Below, piece after piece: positions 8,943 through 19,313 of a stretch of 64,000 nt of DNA. The stretch is from Flavobacteriales bacterium (GTDB lineage: Bacteria; Bacteroidota; Bacteroidia; Flavobacteriales_F; PHOS-HE28), in the NCBI GenBank assembly GCA_044224725.1, contig JBGAJW010000016.1:7055-71054 (forward strand), given 5' to 3'. The position numbers and the translations under genes were made by a program. How positions within the stretch are numbered: the stretch's first letter is position 1; every line of letters starts with the position of its first letter. The notes under the pieces are model-generated. The model did no database searches, was not told the origin of the DNA, and saw only the letters and a program-made list of their open reading frames with translations.

Positions 8943-9950
8943 ATGAAGATCATCGTCCCCATGGCGGGCATGGGCAAGCGGATGCGTCCGCACACCCACA
9001 CCACCGCCAAGCCGCTGCTGCCCATCGCGGGCAAGCCCATCGTGCAACGCCTCGTGGAGGACCTGGCTGCCGTGGCCGGGGAACCCGTGGAGGAGGTCGC
9101 CTACATCGTTCACCCCAGCTTCGGCAAGAAGGTGGAGGATGAACTGGTCGGCATCGCGAAGGCCATCGGCAGCAAAGGCACCATCCACTACCAGAAGGAA
9201 GCGCTGGGCACGGCCCACGCCATCCTCTGCGCCGAACCCGCGCTCAACGGCCGCATCATCGTGGCCTTCGCGGACACGCTCTTCCGCGCTCAACTCAAGC
9301 TGGACAAGGACTGCGACGGCGTGATCTGGGTGAACAAGGTGGAGGACCCCAAGCCCTTCGGCGTGGTGAAGCTGGACGACAGCGGCATCATCACGGAGTT
9401 CGTGGAGAAGCCGCCGACCTTCGTGAGCGACCTGGCCATCATCGGCATCTACTACTTCGCCGATGGGGAGTACTTGCGCAGGGAGATGCAGTTCCTCATC
9501 GATAACGACATCAAGGACAAGGGCGAGTACCAGCTGACGAACGCCATGGAGAACATGAAGCGCAAAGGCGCGCGCTTCAAGGCCGGCAGCGTGGACGTGT
9601 GGATGGACTGCGGCAACAAGAACGCCATGGTGGACACCAACACCAAGGTGCTCGGCTTCCTGAAAGGCGACAAGAGCTTGGTGAGCGCTTCCCTGAAGAA
9701 GGAGAACAGCGTGGTGATCGAGCCCTGCTTCATCGGCGAGAACGTTTCGTTGACGAACAGCGTGGTGGGACCGAACGTTTCCATCGAGAGCGGCTCGGTG
9801 GTTGCTGGCAGCATTGTGAAGAATTCGATCCTGCGCGGCAACACGCGTGTACAGGACTGCGTGATGGACAACAGCATGATCGGCGAACGGGCACAAGTCA
9901 AAGGCCACGCGTTGGACGTCAGTATCAGCGACGACAGCACGATCGGCTGA
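8943..9950 (+). CDS. Sugar-phosphate nucleotidyltransferase with a C-terminal left-handed beta-helix (GlmU / mannose-1-P guanylyltransferase-like)
   Basis: N-terminus MKIIVPMAGMGKRMRPHTHTTAKPLLPIAGKPIVQ carries the G-x-G-x-R nucleotide-binding signature of NTP transferases. C-terminal hexapeptide-like repeats follow (VIEPCFIGENVSLTNSVVGPNVSIESGSVV). Confidence 0.75.
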   Translation: MKIIVPMAGMGKRMRPHTHTTAKPLLPIAGKPIVQRLVEDLAAVAGEPVEEVAYIVHPSFGKKVEDELVGIAKAIGSKGTIHYQKEALGTAHAILCAEPALNGRIIVAFADTLFRAQLKLDKDCDGVIWVNKVEDPKPFGVVKLDDSGIITEFVEKPPTFVSDLAIIGIYYFADGEYLRREMQFLIDNDIKDKGEYQLTNAMENMKRKGARFKAGSVDVWMDCGNKNAMVDTNTKVLGFLKGDKSLVSASLKKENSVVIEPCFIGENVSLTNSVVGPNVSIESGSVVAGSIVKNSILRGNTRVQDCVMDNSMIGERAQVKGHALDVSISDDSTIG

Positions 9951-9975
9951 CCTTTGTACCGCCCGTTCACGCGGG

Positions 9976-11754
9976 ATGAACCAGATGCGCTCCTTCTCCG
10001 CCTGCCTCTTTCTTCCGCTGCTGGCGGTGCTCATCGCGTGCGGCGGAGCGAAGCCCGTTGCCGAAAAACCCCGCGACCACGAAGGCGCAGAGGCCACTCA
10101 CGCCGTTGGCGGCAAGAACAAGCGTGCGTTGGTCATGCGCCTCTTCATGGAGGCCAACCAAGCCCGGTTGAAAGGTGAACTTCCCAAGGCGATCCAGCTC
10201 TTCGAAGCCACCTTGAAGGAGGACCCGCAGAACGCGGCCAGCATGTTCGAGCTGGCCAAGCTCTACAACCAGGCCCAGGCCCCCGAGGAGGCGCTCGCGC
10301 TGGCGAAACGCGCGGTGGCCACCGACAAGGAGAACATCTGGTACCGCTTCCTGCTCGCCGATATGAGCATGCAGAACAGCGACCTGGCCGGGGCCACCAA
10401 GGCCTACCAGGAGATCGTGGCCAAATGGCCCGACCGCTATGAGGTGTACTTCGGACTGGCGAACACGCTGGCGCAACAGAAGAAGATCCCCGAGGCCCGG
10501 CAGGTGTTCCGCGATCTGGAAAAGCGCACCGGCAGCAACGAGGAACTGGTGATGCGCGAGTACGACATGCTCGCCAACGCCGGTGAGACGGCCGCCGCGA
10601 GGGACCTGCTCAACGATGCCATCAAAAAGAACCCGGAACAGACGCAGTACTACGGCATGCTTGCCGAGGTCTACGAGTCCATGGGTGATACGGCCAAGGC
10701 GGAGGAGCTCTACCTGAAGGCCCTCGCGCTGGACCCGGACGACAGCATGACGCGCATCTCGCTCGCGCAGTTCTATTACAACGCGGGGCGCGCCACGGAA
10801 GGCTTCACGCACCTGAAGGAGGCCTTCGGCGATCCCGATCTGGACATCGATCCGAAGATGCAGTTGCTGCTCGGTTTCTATGAGATGAGCGCCAAGCCGG
10901 GCGGGGATGTTCCCGCCGACCTCGTGCAGCAGAGCCACTTCCTCATCGACGAGCTGAAAAAGGCCCATCCGCAGAGCGGCAAACCCTACAGCATCGAAGG
11001 CGACTTCTACACGCGGGAGGGCAAGATCGCCGAAGCACGCGATGCCTTCGCCAAGGCCGTCGAGTTCGACAAGGACCGCTTCCCCATCTGGTCGGCCTTG
11101 CTGCAATTGGACGCGCAGCTGAACGACTACACCGCGTTGGATGACCACGCGCAACATGCCATCGAGCTCTTCCCGACGCAGCCGGAGTTCTACCTGTACA
11201 AAGGCATCGCCGCCAGCCAGCTGAAGAAGAACGATGAAGCCATCGAGGCCCTCGTTACCGGACGTGACCTGGTGGTGGACAACAAGCCCCTTGAAGGCCA
11301 GTTCTGGACAAGCCTCGGCGACGCCTACAACGCGGCGAAGGAATTCGCGAAGAGCGATGCGGCCTACGACAAGGCGCTCGCCATCAACCCGGACGATGCG
11401 ACCGTCCTGAACAACTACGCCTACTACCTGAGCGAGCGCAACGCCGAACTGGAGAAGGCCGAGCGCATGAGCCGCAAGTGCAACGACCTGCAACCCGGCG
11501 TGGCGACCTACTTGGACACCTACGCCTGGATCTTCTACAAGCAAGGGAAGTTCAGTGAGGCGCGCACCTGGCAGGAAAAGGCCATCGCCAGCGGCGGCGA
11601 AAAGGAAGCCGTGCTCATCGAGCATTACGGCGATATCCTCTTCAAGCTGGGCGATACCGCCGGTGCGGTGGAGCAGTGGAAGAAAGCGAAGGACCTGGGC
11701 GGGGCGAGCGAGTTGATCGGACGAAAGGTCACCGAAGGCAAGCTCATTGAATGA
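9976..11754 (+). CDS. Tetratricopeptide-repeat lipoprotein
   Basis: Signal peptide with lipobox (LIACGG). Multiple TPR-like helical pairs run through the 592 aa (AIQLFEATLKEDPQNAASMFELAKLY ... YAYYLSERNAELEKAERMSRKC). Confidence 0.7.
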   Translation: MNQMRSFSACLFLPLLAVLIACGGAKPVAEKPRDHEGAEATHAVGGKNKRALVMRLFMEANQARLKGELPKAIQLFEATLKEDPQNAASMFELAKLYNQAQAPEEALALAKRAVATDKENIWYRFLLADMSMQNSDLAGATKAYQEIVAKWPDRYEVYFGLANTLAQQKKIPEARQVFRDLEKRTGSNEELVMREYDMLANAGETAAARDLLNDAIKKNPEQTQYYGMLAEVYESMGDTAKAEELYLKALALDPDDSMTRISLAQFYYNAGRATEGFTHLKEAFGDPDLDIDPKMQLLLGFYEMSAKPGGDVPADLVQQSHFLIDELKKAHPQSGKPYSIEGDFYTREGKIAEARDAFAKAVEFDKDRFPIWSALLQLDAQLNDYTALDDHAQHAIELFPTQPEFYLYKGIAASQLKKNDEAIEALVTGRDLVVDNKPLEGQFWTSLGDAYNAAKEFAKSDAAYDKALAINPDDATVLNNYAYYLSERNAELEKAERMSRKCNDLQPGVATYLDTYAWIFYKQGKFSEARTWQEKAIASGGEKEAVLIEHYGDILFKLGDTAGAVEQWKKAKDLGGASELIGRKVTEGKLIE

Positions 11755-12641
11755 GGTGCCGCGCGCGGTTCCTCGGCTTCGGGCTGCTCGCATTTCTCGC
11801 GGCGTGCAAGCCCATCCGTGAAGTGATGCCGTTCCGCGGGGAGATCCCCGCACGTGGTCCGGAGAAGCTCGTTGAACGATTGGTCGCCGACCGCATCACC
11901 GATGTGCGGTACTATAGCGCGAAGGCCGGTGTGGAACTGAAAGACAGCACGGGCTCGAAGAACTTCAAGGCGCACATACGCTGCGCGATCGACAGTGCGG
12001 CCTGGATCAGCGTGGTCCCTGCGCTGGGCATCGAAGTGGCCCGGGCGCTGCTCACCACGGACTCGCTGAAGGTGATGGACAAGCTGGGCGACAAGTTCTG
12101 GGTGGGCGATACCGCCCAGGCCAAACGCAAATTCGGCCTGGCCCCGGACCTCTCGCTGTTCCAGCAAGCCCTGCTCGGCATGCCCATCGGTCTGGACCCC
12201 GAAGAGAAGTACAAGAGCGACCGGGAGGACGGCCAATACACCCTCACCAGCAAGGAGAAACGCCGCTTCCGCCGCGCGGCTGAAGACATGGCCATCGACG
12301 ACACGCTCGCGCACGATCACGACATGGGCGAGCGAAAGTTGGAGCGCACCCTGCGCCGGGCCGAGAAGAAGGACGCCATCGTTTTCAAGTACTGGTTGGA
12401 GCCCGACAGCTTCCGGGTGACCCGTGTACTGATCAGCGACCTGGCACACGATCAACAAGCGGACGTGCGTTATTCATCACGGACCACCGTGAATGGACAC
12501 TCCCTGCCCAGCCTCGTCAGCCTTTCTTTGTCGGACCCCGCGCGCCACGCCGAAGCCGTCTTCGAACTGGACCGCATCAGCCTCGATGGGCCCCTCCAAT
12601 TCAGCTTCAGGATCCCGGAGAAGTTCACTCCGATGGAATGA
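11751..12641 (+). CDS. DUF4292-like lipoprotein (LolB-like fold family)
   Basis: Lipoprotein signal (LLAFLAACKP). The gene order TPR protein, then DUF4292, then M23 peptidase is a conserved Bacteroidota arrangement. There is an ATGA overlap with the TPR gene. Confidence 0.5.
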   Translation: MRCRARFLGFGLLAFLAACKPIREVMPFRGEIPARGPEKLVERLVADRITDVRYYSAKAGVELKDSTGSKNFKAHIRCAIDSAAWISVVPALGIEVARALLTTDSLKVMDKLGDKFWVGDTAQAKRKFGLAPDLSLFQQALLGMPIGLDPEEKYKSDREDGQYTLTSKEKRRFRRAAEDMAIDDTLAHDHDMGERKLERTLRRAEKKDAIVFKYWLEPDSFRVTRVLISDLAHDQQADVRYSSRTTVNGHSLPSLVSLSLSDPARHAEAVFELDRISLDGPLQFSFRIPEKFTPME

Positions 12642-13881
12642 GCCACGGGCGCTGCTCGCGCTCCTTTTCCTTCCCCTGCTCCTGACGGCGAACGCGCAGA
12701 GCCGCAAGGAACTCGAGAAGAAACGCGACCAGCTCGACAAGCAGATCAAGGCCACCAGCGCATTGCTCGCTGCCGGCGAGAAGGAACAGAAGGCCACCCA
12801 GCGCCAGCTCGAACTCCTGCAAGCGCAGATCCGCCAGCGGCAAGAGCTGATCAATACGATGAACAGTGAGGTGTTCCGCGTGGACAAGGAGATCAGTGAG
12901 ACCGAGGACCTGATCGGCTCACTGGAAAGCGACCTCGTGAAGTTGAAGGACGAGTACGCGCGCATGCTGCAGTACGCCTACATGAACCGCGATTCGTACG
13001 ACCGCCTCAGCTACATCTTCGCTGCGGAGAGCTTCACACAGGCCTTCCAACGCAGCCGCTACCTGGACCAGCTCGCTGAGCAGCGCCGCCAGCAGGCGAG
13101 CCTCATCTCCGCCACGCAGGAAAGCCTCGGCAAGAAGGCCGAAGACCTGAAGGGGCGCCGCAACGAAAAGGTGTCGCTATTGAGCGAGCAGGTCACAGAG
13201 AAAAAGAAACTCACCACGGACAAGAGCGCACAGGAAGGCACCCTGAGCAGCTTGCGCAAGGAGGAGGACAAACTCCGCGCAACGCTCCGCAAGCAGCAGA
13301 GCAAACGTGAGAACCTGGCCGCCGAGATCCGTAAGGCCATCGAAGCGGAAGTCCGCAAGAGTTCCAAGCCCGCGAAGACCGGGACCAGCGGAGGCTCAAG
13401 CGAGAAGAGCTCCGGCAAGATGGAGCTGTCCTTGACACCCGAGGCCCGGGAGCTGGGCAGCGACTTCGAGAAGAACAAGGGCAAGTTGCCGTGGCCCGTG
13501 GCGAAGGGCACGATCACAGAGGGCTACGGCGAACACGACCACCCGGTGCTGCGGGGCGTGAAGACCTACAACAACGGCATCGATATCAGCTGCGAGAAGG
13601 GTGCGAGCGTAAGGGCCATCTTCCGCGGCGAGGTGAGCAGCGTGATCGTGATCCCCGGCGCGGGAAAAGCCGTGGTGCTGAGCCATGGCGCCTACCGCAC
13701 CGTGTACAGCAACCTGCGCGAGGTGAGCGTGAGCAAAGGTCAGAAGGTGGAGACCAAAGGGGCCGTGGGCTCCGTGATGACCGATGAGGATGGCTCCACC
13801 GCGCACATCGAGATCTGGAAGATCACTTCCGCAGGCGACCTGGTGAAGGTGGACCCGGGTGCGTGGATCTACCGGGATTGA
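12586..13881 (+). CDS. M23-family peptidoglycan DD-metalloendopeptidase with an N-terminal coiled-coil (EnvC-like). The start is uncertain and the ORF is open from 12493.
   Basis: Signal peptide (ALLALLFLPLLLTANAQ), a long coiled-coil (KELEKKRDQLDKQIKATSALL...) and a C-terminal LytM/M23 domain (VKTYNNGIDISCEKGASVRAIFRGEVSSV...GSTAHIEIWK). Confidence 0.8.
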   Translation: MGPSNSASGSRRSSLRWNEPRALLALLFLPLLLTANAQSRKELEKKRDQLDKQIKATSALLAAGEKEQKATQRQLELLQAQIRQRQELINTMNSEVFRVDKEISETEDLIGSLESDLVKLKDEYARMLQYAYMNRDSYDRLSYIFAAESFTQAFQRSRYLDQLAEQRRQQASLISATQESLGKKAEDLKGRRNEKVSLLSEQVTEKKKLTTDKSAQEGTLSSLRKEEDKLRATLRKQQSKRENLAAEIRKAIEAEVRKSSKPAKTGTSGGSSEKSSGKMELSLTPEARELGSDFEKNKGKLPWPVAKGTITEGYGEHDHPVLRGVKTYNNGIDISCEKGASVRAIFRGEVSSVIVIPGAGKAVVLSHGAYRTVYSNLREVSVSKGQKVETKGAVGSVMTDEDGSTAHIEIWKITSAGDLVKVDPGAWIYRD

Positions 13882-13893
13882 CACCTCCACACC

Positions 13894-14454
13894 ATGTTGC
13901 GCTTCCTCAAATGGATGCTCCTCATCTTTCTCTTCGTCGCCGGGACCGCCTTCCTCTTCCGTGAGCGGGTCTTTCGGGCGTTCTTCCACTTCGAGGGGCT
14001 TCACGAGCGATCCCTGGCAAATGCCGGAGTCCACGCATCAGCCCGGCCCCTCGCGTCTCTCGCACACAGGACCAACGATGTAGAAGCCTGCATCGACGCC
14101 GCCCTGGAAGAGACCGCCGAGGCCTTGAGCTTCACCACGGGCCATGTCCGCAACGATGCAGCGAGCGCGTTGAGAACCGGAAAGGCCAATTGCATCGGCT
14201 ATTCCGCCGTCTTCAAAGACCGCTGCGAAGAAAAGCTCGCGCGGGCCGGCCTCTCGGACGAATGGCGCGTTCGCCACATGCGCGGATCGCTTCACTGCGG
14301 ATCCTTCAACATGCACCGCCTCTTCTCCTCCCCGTTCTGGAAGGACCACGACATCTGCGTAGTGGAGAACCACCACACCGGAGAACGACTGCATGTGGAC
14401 CCCTCCCTATTCGACGCCCTGGGCATCCGGCGGGTAAGCGGCCCCCCGAACTGA
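13894..14454 (+). CDS. Membrane-anchored transglutaminase-like cysteine protease superfamily protein
   Basis: N-terminal TM segment ([16 protein letters not shown]). A candidate Cys-His-Asp triad is present ([12 protein letters not shown] ... [14 protein letters not shown]). Confidence 0.45.
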   Translation: MLRFLKWMLLIFLFVAGTAFLFRERVFRAFFHFEGLHERSLANAGVHASARPLASLAHRTNDVEACIDAALEETAEALSFTTGHVRNDAASALRTGKANCIGYSAVFKDRCEEKLARAGLSDEWRVRHMRGSLHCGSFNMHRLFSSPFWKDHDICVVENHHTGERLHVDPSLFDALGIRRVSGPPN

Positions 14455-14507
14455 CTACTTTCGCCGCGCGGTACGGACAAGACACTTTTCATCCGGAACG
14501 CGGGACC

Positions 14508-14666
14508 ATGGGCAAATTCGGTACAACGGAGATCATCCTCATCCTGGTGGTGGTCCTCCTCCTGTTCGGCGGAAAGAAGATCCCCGAACTGATGCGCGGC
14601 CTCGGCAAGGGCATGAAGGAGTTCAAGGATGCCAAGGACGGCAACGAGCCGAAAGACGACAAGTAG
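14508..14666 (+). CDS. tatA: Twin-arginine translocase subunit TatA/E (52 aa)
   Basis: [40 protein letters not shown] shows the hallmark TatA N-terminal TM and amphipathic helix (FGxxKLPxxxRxLG). The upstream part of the 14190 ORF is a spurious extension. Confidence 0.85.
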   Translation: MGKFGTTEIILILVVVLLLFGGKKIPELMRGLGKGMKEFKDAKDGNEPKDDK

Positions 14667-14681
14667 TCCGACGACCGCAAC

Positions 14682-16094
14682 ATGTCGACACTGCGTGATG
14701 CGCAGGCCGCATTGGCCGCCGGAAGCACTTCGGTCGTTGAACTTACCCGCGCGGCGCTCGCACTGGCCCGCGCGAAAGCCGATCTGAACATTTTCCTGGA
14801 GCTTTTCGATGAGAGCGCGTTGGCCAAAGCCGCCGAGGTGGACGCCAAACGCGCTGTGGGTACCGCCGGTGTATTGGCGGGGGCCATCGTCAGCCTGAAG
14901 GACAACCTCTGCTACAAGGGACACAAGGTTTCCGCCTCGTCGCGGATACTGGAAGGCTTCGTCAGTCCCTACAGCGCGACCGTGGTGGAGCGCTTGCTCG
15001 CCGCCGATGCGGTGATCATCGGCCGCACGAACTGCGACGAGTTCGCCATGGGCAGCAGCAATGAGAACAGCGCCTTCGGCAACGTGCGGAACCCATTGGA
15101 TCCGACGAAAGTCCCGGGCGGGAGCAGCGGGGGTGCGGCTGGCAGCGTGGCGGCGGGCATCTGCAACATAGCCCTCGGCAGCGATACCGGTGGAAGCATC
15201 CGGCAACCGGCCTCCTTCACCGGAACGGTCGGATTCAAACCCACCTACGGGCGGGTTTCGCGCTATGGCCTGATCGCCTTCGCCAGCAGTTTCGACCAGA
15301 TCGGCCCCTTCGCACACACCGCCGAAGACGCGCTCGCTGTGCATCGTGTGATCGCCGGGCATGACCCGTTGGACAATACGAGCAGTTCGCGACCGCTCGC
15401 GGAGACCCCGGCTCTCCGCTCCGCTACCACCGGGGGTCAACCGCTACGCATCGCCTACTATCGCGAGTGCATCGAACGAGATGGCCTCGACCCTGAGATC
15501 AAGGCGCACCTCCTCAACAACATCGAGCGCTTGAAGGAGCGCGGCCATTCTGTGGAGGCCATCGAATTGCCGATGCTCGACCATCTGGTCCCCACCTACT
15601 ACATCCTCGCTACAGCAGAGGCCAGCAGCAACCTGGCGCGCTTCGATGGCATCCGTTACGGGCACCGCAGCAAGCAGGCGCAGGGCGTGGACGAGACCTA
15701 CCGGAAGAGCCGCACCGAAGGCTTCGGCGCGGAGGTGAAGCGCCGCATCCTGCTCGGAACTTTCGTGCTCAGCGCGGGCTATTACGACGCTTACTACGCC
15801 CAAGGCATGCGCGTGCGCCGCCTGATCCGCGACAACACGTTGAAGGCCTTCGAGCGCTTCGATCTGGTGATGACCCCGACCTGCCCGACCACGGCCTTCG
15901 GCCATGGCGAGATCAGCGACCCGGTGGCCATGTATCTACAGGACATCTTTACCGTGCAGGCGAATTTGGCCGGAGTGCCGGCCATCTCCGTTCCCACGGG
16001 CACGCACTCCAACGGGCTGCCGTTCGGCACCCAGCTCATGGGCAAGCCGTTCGATGATGAACTGCTGATCGCCATGGCGCAGCAGCTATTCTAA
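14682..16094 (+). CDS. gatA: Glutamyl-tRNA(Gln) / aspartyl-tRNA(Asn) amidotransferase subunit A
   Basis: Amidase signature GGSSGGAAGSVAAGICNIALGSDTGGSIRQPASFTGTVGFKPTYGRVSRYGLIAFASSFDQIGP. Length (470 aa) matches GatA. Confidence 0.92.
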   Translation: MSTLRDAQAALAAGSTSVVELTRAALALARAKADLNIFLELFDESALAKAAEVDAKRAVGTAGVLAGAIVSLKDNLCYKGHKVSASSRILEGFVSPYSATVVERLLAADAVIIGRTNCDEFAMGSSNENSAFGNVRNPLDPTKVPGGSSGGAAGSVAAGICNIALGSDTGGSIRQPASFTGTVGFKPTYGRVSRYGLIAFASSFDQIGPFAHTAEDALAVHRVIAGHDPLDNTSSSRPLAETPALRSATTGGQPLRIAYYRECIERDGLDPEIKAHLLNNIERLKERGHSVEAIELPMLDHLVPTYYILATAEASSNLARFDGIRYGHRSKQAQGVDETYRKSRTEGFGAEVKRRILLGTFVLSAGYYDAYYAQGMRVRRLIRDNTLKAFERFDLVMTPTCPTTAFGHGEISDPVAMYLQDIFTVQANLAGVPAISVPTGTHSNGLPFGTQLMGKPFDDELLIAMAQQLF

Positions 16095-16162
16095 GGCCGC
16101 GAAGCTTAGAATCTGGAGGAGACCAGAGGAAAGCCTTAGTTTGGGCTGGTAATAGCACCCGC

Positions 16163-18961
16163 ATGGGTCTGCGTCGCCCCACGTACATCGCCGCCTTGCT
16201 TATCGCGCCTCTGCTTGCTGCCCAGCAGGAAGAGCACTATTTCGCCGATACCGAAATGAAGGAAGGTGGCGCGGCTAGGTCCTCTCTCGTTCTAGGTAGC
16301 AACATCCTTGTCGGGGGGTATTCATACGCCAAGAAGCAGCTTACTCCCTCGGTCACGCTGCTGGACACCTTGGGGAATGTGGTTTGGACCACGACAACCC
16401 ACGATACAACGGACTACAACCTTAGTCAGTGGAGCTATCCGCCAGTGGAGAAACTGCTCGATGGAGGTGATGGTTTTATCTATGCCGCATCACCCATTTC
16501 GAATTTTGAGGGGCTGATATGGAAGGTGAATTCCGCCAACGGCGACATTGTCTGGCAGAGACACTGTGAGTGGAATCTCTTCAGCTACGGCTCATTGCTG
16601 TCCTTGGATAATGAACGTATCCTTTTCGAGCATGGAAATGAAGCGCAGGACATAGTCATTGACTATGTGGACCGGGCCACAGGAGATGTTACCGGAACGT
16701 ACTCTATCAATCCTTCGTCCGACTACTCGTTCGCCGTGGCCTTAGACCATGATGGGCATGTATACTATACCAAGGACGACAGCCTTTTCAAGGCACCCGT
16801 GGAGGATCCGGGTACCCGCATCTGGTCCAAGCGGTATTCGGCTGCAAGCCTGAGATATTTCAGCCAATTGTACGTGGACGAAGCTGACAGTCTTTTTGCC
16901 ATGGGCACTGGCAATTCGGGCCAACCTGCCAAAGTGCTGGCTGTGGCTGTCGGGAACGGTGATATGCAGTGGCAGCAACCCTCCTTCACTGATGTTCGCT
17001 ACCAGGACCTAAGCGATAGGAACGGGAAGATCTACTCCGTGTGGAAGAATCTGCTGGTCGGCGATGGTGGGGGCGCTTTTCACGCGACCTGCGTCGACAA
17101 GCTCACTGGGGAAGTAGCTTGGACAACGAGCATCAACAACCCGCCCGTGGGCTTGCCGGGCCCGTCCAGCGACGATGACGAAGGTGCCCAGGCAGGGGAG
17201 GTGGATGATGCGGGCAACTATTACATGACGGGGTTCTATGGCGGAGGGGACTACGGTCCGGGGGTCTGGGCCGTAGCCAAGGTAAATGGTGCCAATGGGG
17301 AACTCATATACAGTCGGACCATTACGCTTGACTCGCTTCAATACAACAACCTCAGTTGGGGTACAGGAGCGTTCGTGATTAACGGGTTGCCGTGCTTCGT
17401 CGGAGAGCTGGAAACAGCGCACCAGGAAGGTTACAGGCGCGAACAGGCCACGTTCGTTCGTCTCGATCCCGGGAGTGGCGATATCGTGATACGGGAACCG
17501 TTCAACGGTGAACACCCTCAACAGTCATCTGCCGTTGGCATCACTTCATCGGCGGCGGGCACTTACGTTCTCAAGCAATTAGGCCGGAGGGTGTGCTTGG
17601 AGATGTATGACCAGGACAATACCCTCGTGTGGGAGCGGTCGTACGGGGGGAGCTACGCCTTGTGCACGGGCCAGTTGGCCATCGGTCCTACAGGGGATGC
17701 GTGGTTCACGGCGTTCAGCGTACCCTTTGAGAGTTTCTACTCCTACATTAGTTCGGATGCGGACAGCCTTTGGATAGTCAGCGTTTCACCGGACGGGACG
17801 CTACAACAGCAAATCCGGTTTCCGACCGGAAGTCCGAACGATAGACCTGTGGACCTGCTCGTTGATGAGCAAGGGCGCGCTTACATGTGCTATGCCCAAC
17901 CCGACTCTATGTTCTTCCGTGCCGTCGTATCGGGTGTATTGGGTCCGAAAACCTTCCTTGACCTCACTTATCTATGGCCCAATCCCAGCGTGAACGTAAT
18001 GGTGGACCATGACGCAACGACCTTGTTCGTTCTCGGGAGACGTGGGAGCGCCCTGAAACTCTTGAGTATTGATAAGAGCATGCAACAGATCACCGCAGTG
18101 GACACTATCCCGACCAGTCCTCCTATCCTCAAGCTCCAACAGGTACTGCGCCTTCCCGGTGACCGACTGTTTGTGATCGGCGAAGGGCAATTCAAGCAAC
18201 GAATGGCCATGTATGATGTCGCCGCACATGATACCATCTGGTGCGGCTGGGCAACCGGGCCGGCTCCGATCCGGGCGTGCTGGGCTGGTTACGGGATATA
18301 TACCGCATCGCAGGATACAGGCAACACCGCGGCGGTACGGCGCTACAATGCGGACACTGGCGAACTCATTTGGACGCATACGGTCGATGGGCCGGCGGTC
18401 AGTCAGAACTGGGTCTTCGCATTGTGCCATGATCCTTACAGGCAGCAGATCATCGTTGGTGGCTGTGAGTACCAAAGCATAAATGGCCCCAACAACGTGG
18501 TGATCCAACGCCTGGATTCATCGGGGGCGTTGATTGAAGACATCTATCGCGTGGGTGGCCCTGCACTGATGGATGGCGCTTATTGCGCGGCCGTGCTCCC
18601 GAATGCCAGCGTATTGGTGGGTGGTTCGTTGGATACCACCGCATATGGGAGGGCTGGTTTCATCTACACACTGGAGGAGCCACTCCCAATGCAGGTGCGG
18701 CCAGATCCAGGGCCGTCTCACGAACAACTCATGGTGTATCCTCAACCGATGGCACAGTTGTCTTGGCTTGATCCTGGCCTGCTCCCCGCGCCATATACCT
18801 TGATGTTGTACGATGCCAATGGATTGCAAGCGCAGGTGATATACCAATCGCGAACAGCGCCCATCCCGTTGGTCCGTGGCTCTCTTGCCCGCGGACTTTA
18901 TTTGGCAAAAGTCACCGCTGGCGATGGCACCAGCCATTGCCTCCGGCTGATGATCGAGTGA
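16163..18961 (+). CDS. Large T9SS-secreted protein (932 aa), probably beta-propeller-rich, in a lower-GC segment
   Basis: Signal peptide (LLIAPLLAAQQ). Repeated 'GxxxW' beta-strand-like segments are present. The C-terminal roughly 80 aa (MVYPQPMAQ...GLYLAKVTAGDGTSHCLRLMI) resembles a T9SS sorting domain. GC is about 50-55% versus about 62% in the flanks. Confidence 0.55.
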   Translation: MGLRRPTYIAALLIAPLLAAQQEEHYFADTEMKEGGAARSSLVLGSNILVGGYSYAKKQLTPSVTLLDTLGNVVWTTTTHDTTDYNLSQWSYPPVEKLLDGGDGFIYAASPISNFEGLIWKVNSANGDIVWQRHCEWNLFSYGSLLSLDNERILFEHGNEAQDIVIDYVDRATGDVTGTYSINPSSDYSFAVALDHDGHVYYTKDDSLFKAPVEDPGTRIWSKRYSAASLRYFSQLYVDEADSLFAMGTGNSGQPAKVLAVAVGNGDMQWQQPSFTDVRYQDLSDRNGKIYSVWKNLLVGDGGGAFHATCVDKLTGEVAWTTSINNPPVGLPGPSSDDDEGAQAGEVDDAGNYYMTGFYGGGDYGPGVWAVAKVNGANGELIYSRTITLDSLQYNNLSWGTGAFVINGLPCFVGELETAHQEGYRREQATFVRLDPGSGDIVIREPFNGEHPQQSSAVGITSSAAGTYVLKQLGRRVCLEMYDQDNTLVWERSYGGSYALCTGQLAIGPTGDAWFTAFSVPFESFYSYISSDADSLWIVSVSPDGTLQQQIRFPTGSPNDRPVDLLVDEQGRAYMCYAQPDSMFFRAVVSGVLGPKTFLDLTYLWPNPSVNVMVDHDATTLFVLGRRGSALKLLSIDKSMQQITAVDTIPTSPPILKLQQVLRLPGDRLFVIGEGQFKQRMAMYDVAAHDTIWCGWATGPAPIRACWAGYGIYTASQDTGNTAAVRRYNADTGELIWTHTVDGPAVSQNWVFALCHDPYRQQIIVGGCEYQSINGPNNVVIQRLDSSGALIEDIYRVGGPALMDGAYCAAVLPNASVLVGGSLDTTAYGRAGFIYTLEEPLPMQVRPDPGPSHEQLMVYPQPMAQLSWLDPGLLPAPYTLMLYDANGLQAQVIYQSRTAPIPLVRGSLARGLYLAKVTAGDGTSHCLRLMIE

Positions 18962-19313
18962 TGCAGAATTCGGCGCCAAGGTGACCAAGCATACTGGGAA
19001 GCGCTCAGCGACCGCGCGCATGACCAAATTGCGCAAGCGCTTCGATCGGCGTCCCGGCCTGATTCTGGTTGAACCTCCCTCCGGGAGGCAGGCCTTCCTC
19101 CAAACCGAGGGCGTGCTCACGGAGGTGGAGGGAGCACCCCACCAAGCGAGTGGAGCCCAGGCGCACATTGTTCCGCTGGTTCGGGGTTCACAAGTGGTAG
19201 GTGAACATTTGCGCTAGAGCGCCGGACCTGCGCCCGAAAGGTGGACCATCCAAAGGGATACTTGTGTGGTTTGAAAAGCCTGCCACCTTTGCTCGGACAC
19301 AACCTTCCTCAGC

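Noticed and set aside
8787-10097. 436-aa minus-strand ORF antisense to dut and the nucleotidyltransferase gene
   Set aside because: Composition is Ala/Arg/His/Gly-rich, as expected for the wrong frame of GC-rich coding DNA. It overlaps two well-supported plus-strand genes entirely.
9967-11853. 628-aa minus-strand ORF antisense to the TPR lipoprotein gene
   Set aside because: Low-complexity Gly/Leu/Arg/Ala composition with no motifs. The opposite strand carries a well-structured TPR protein.
14190-14507. N-terminal 106 codons of the ORF containing tatA
   Set aside because: Arg/Pro-rich and non-protein-like. The TatA homology begins exactly at the internal ATG at 14508, so the rest is a spurious extension.
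18981-19217. 78-aa ORF in the gap between the two lower-GC T9SS cargo genes
   Set aside because: No motif and biased Arg/Gly composition. It more likely lies in the promoter or 5' region of the downstream repeat-protein gene.
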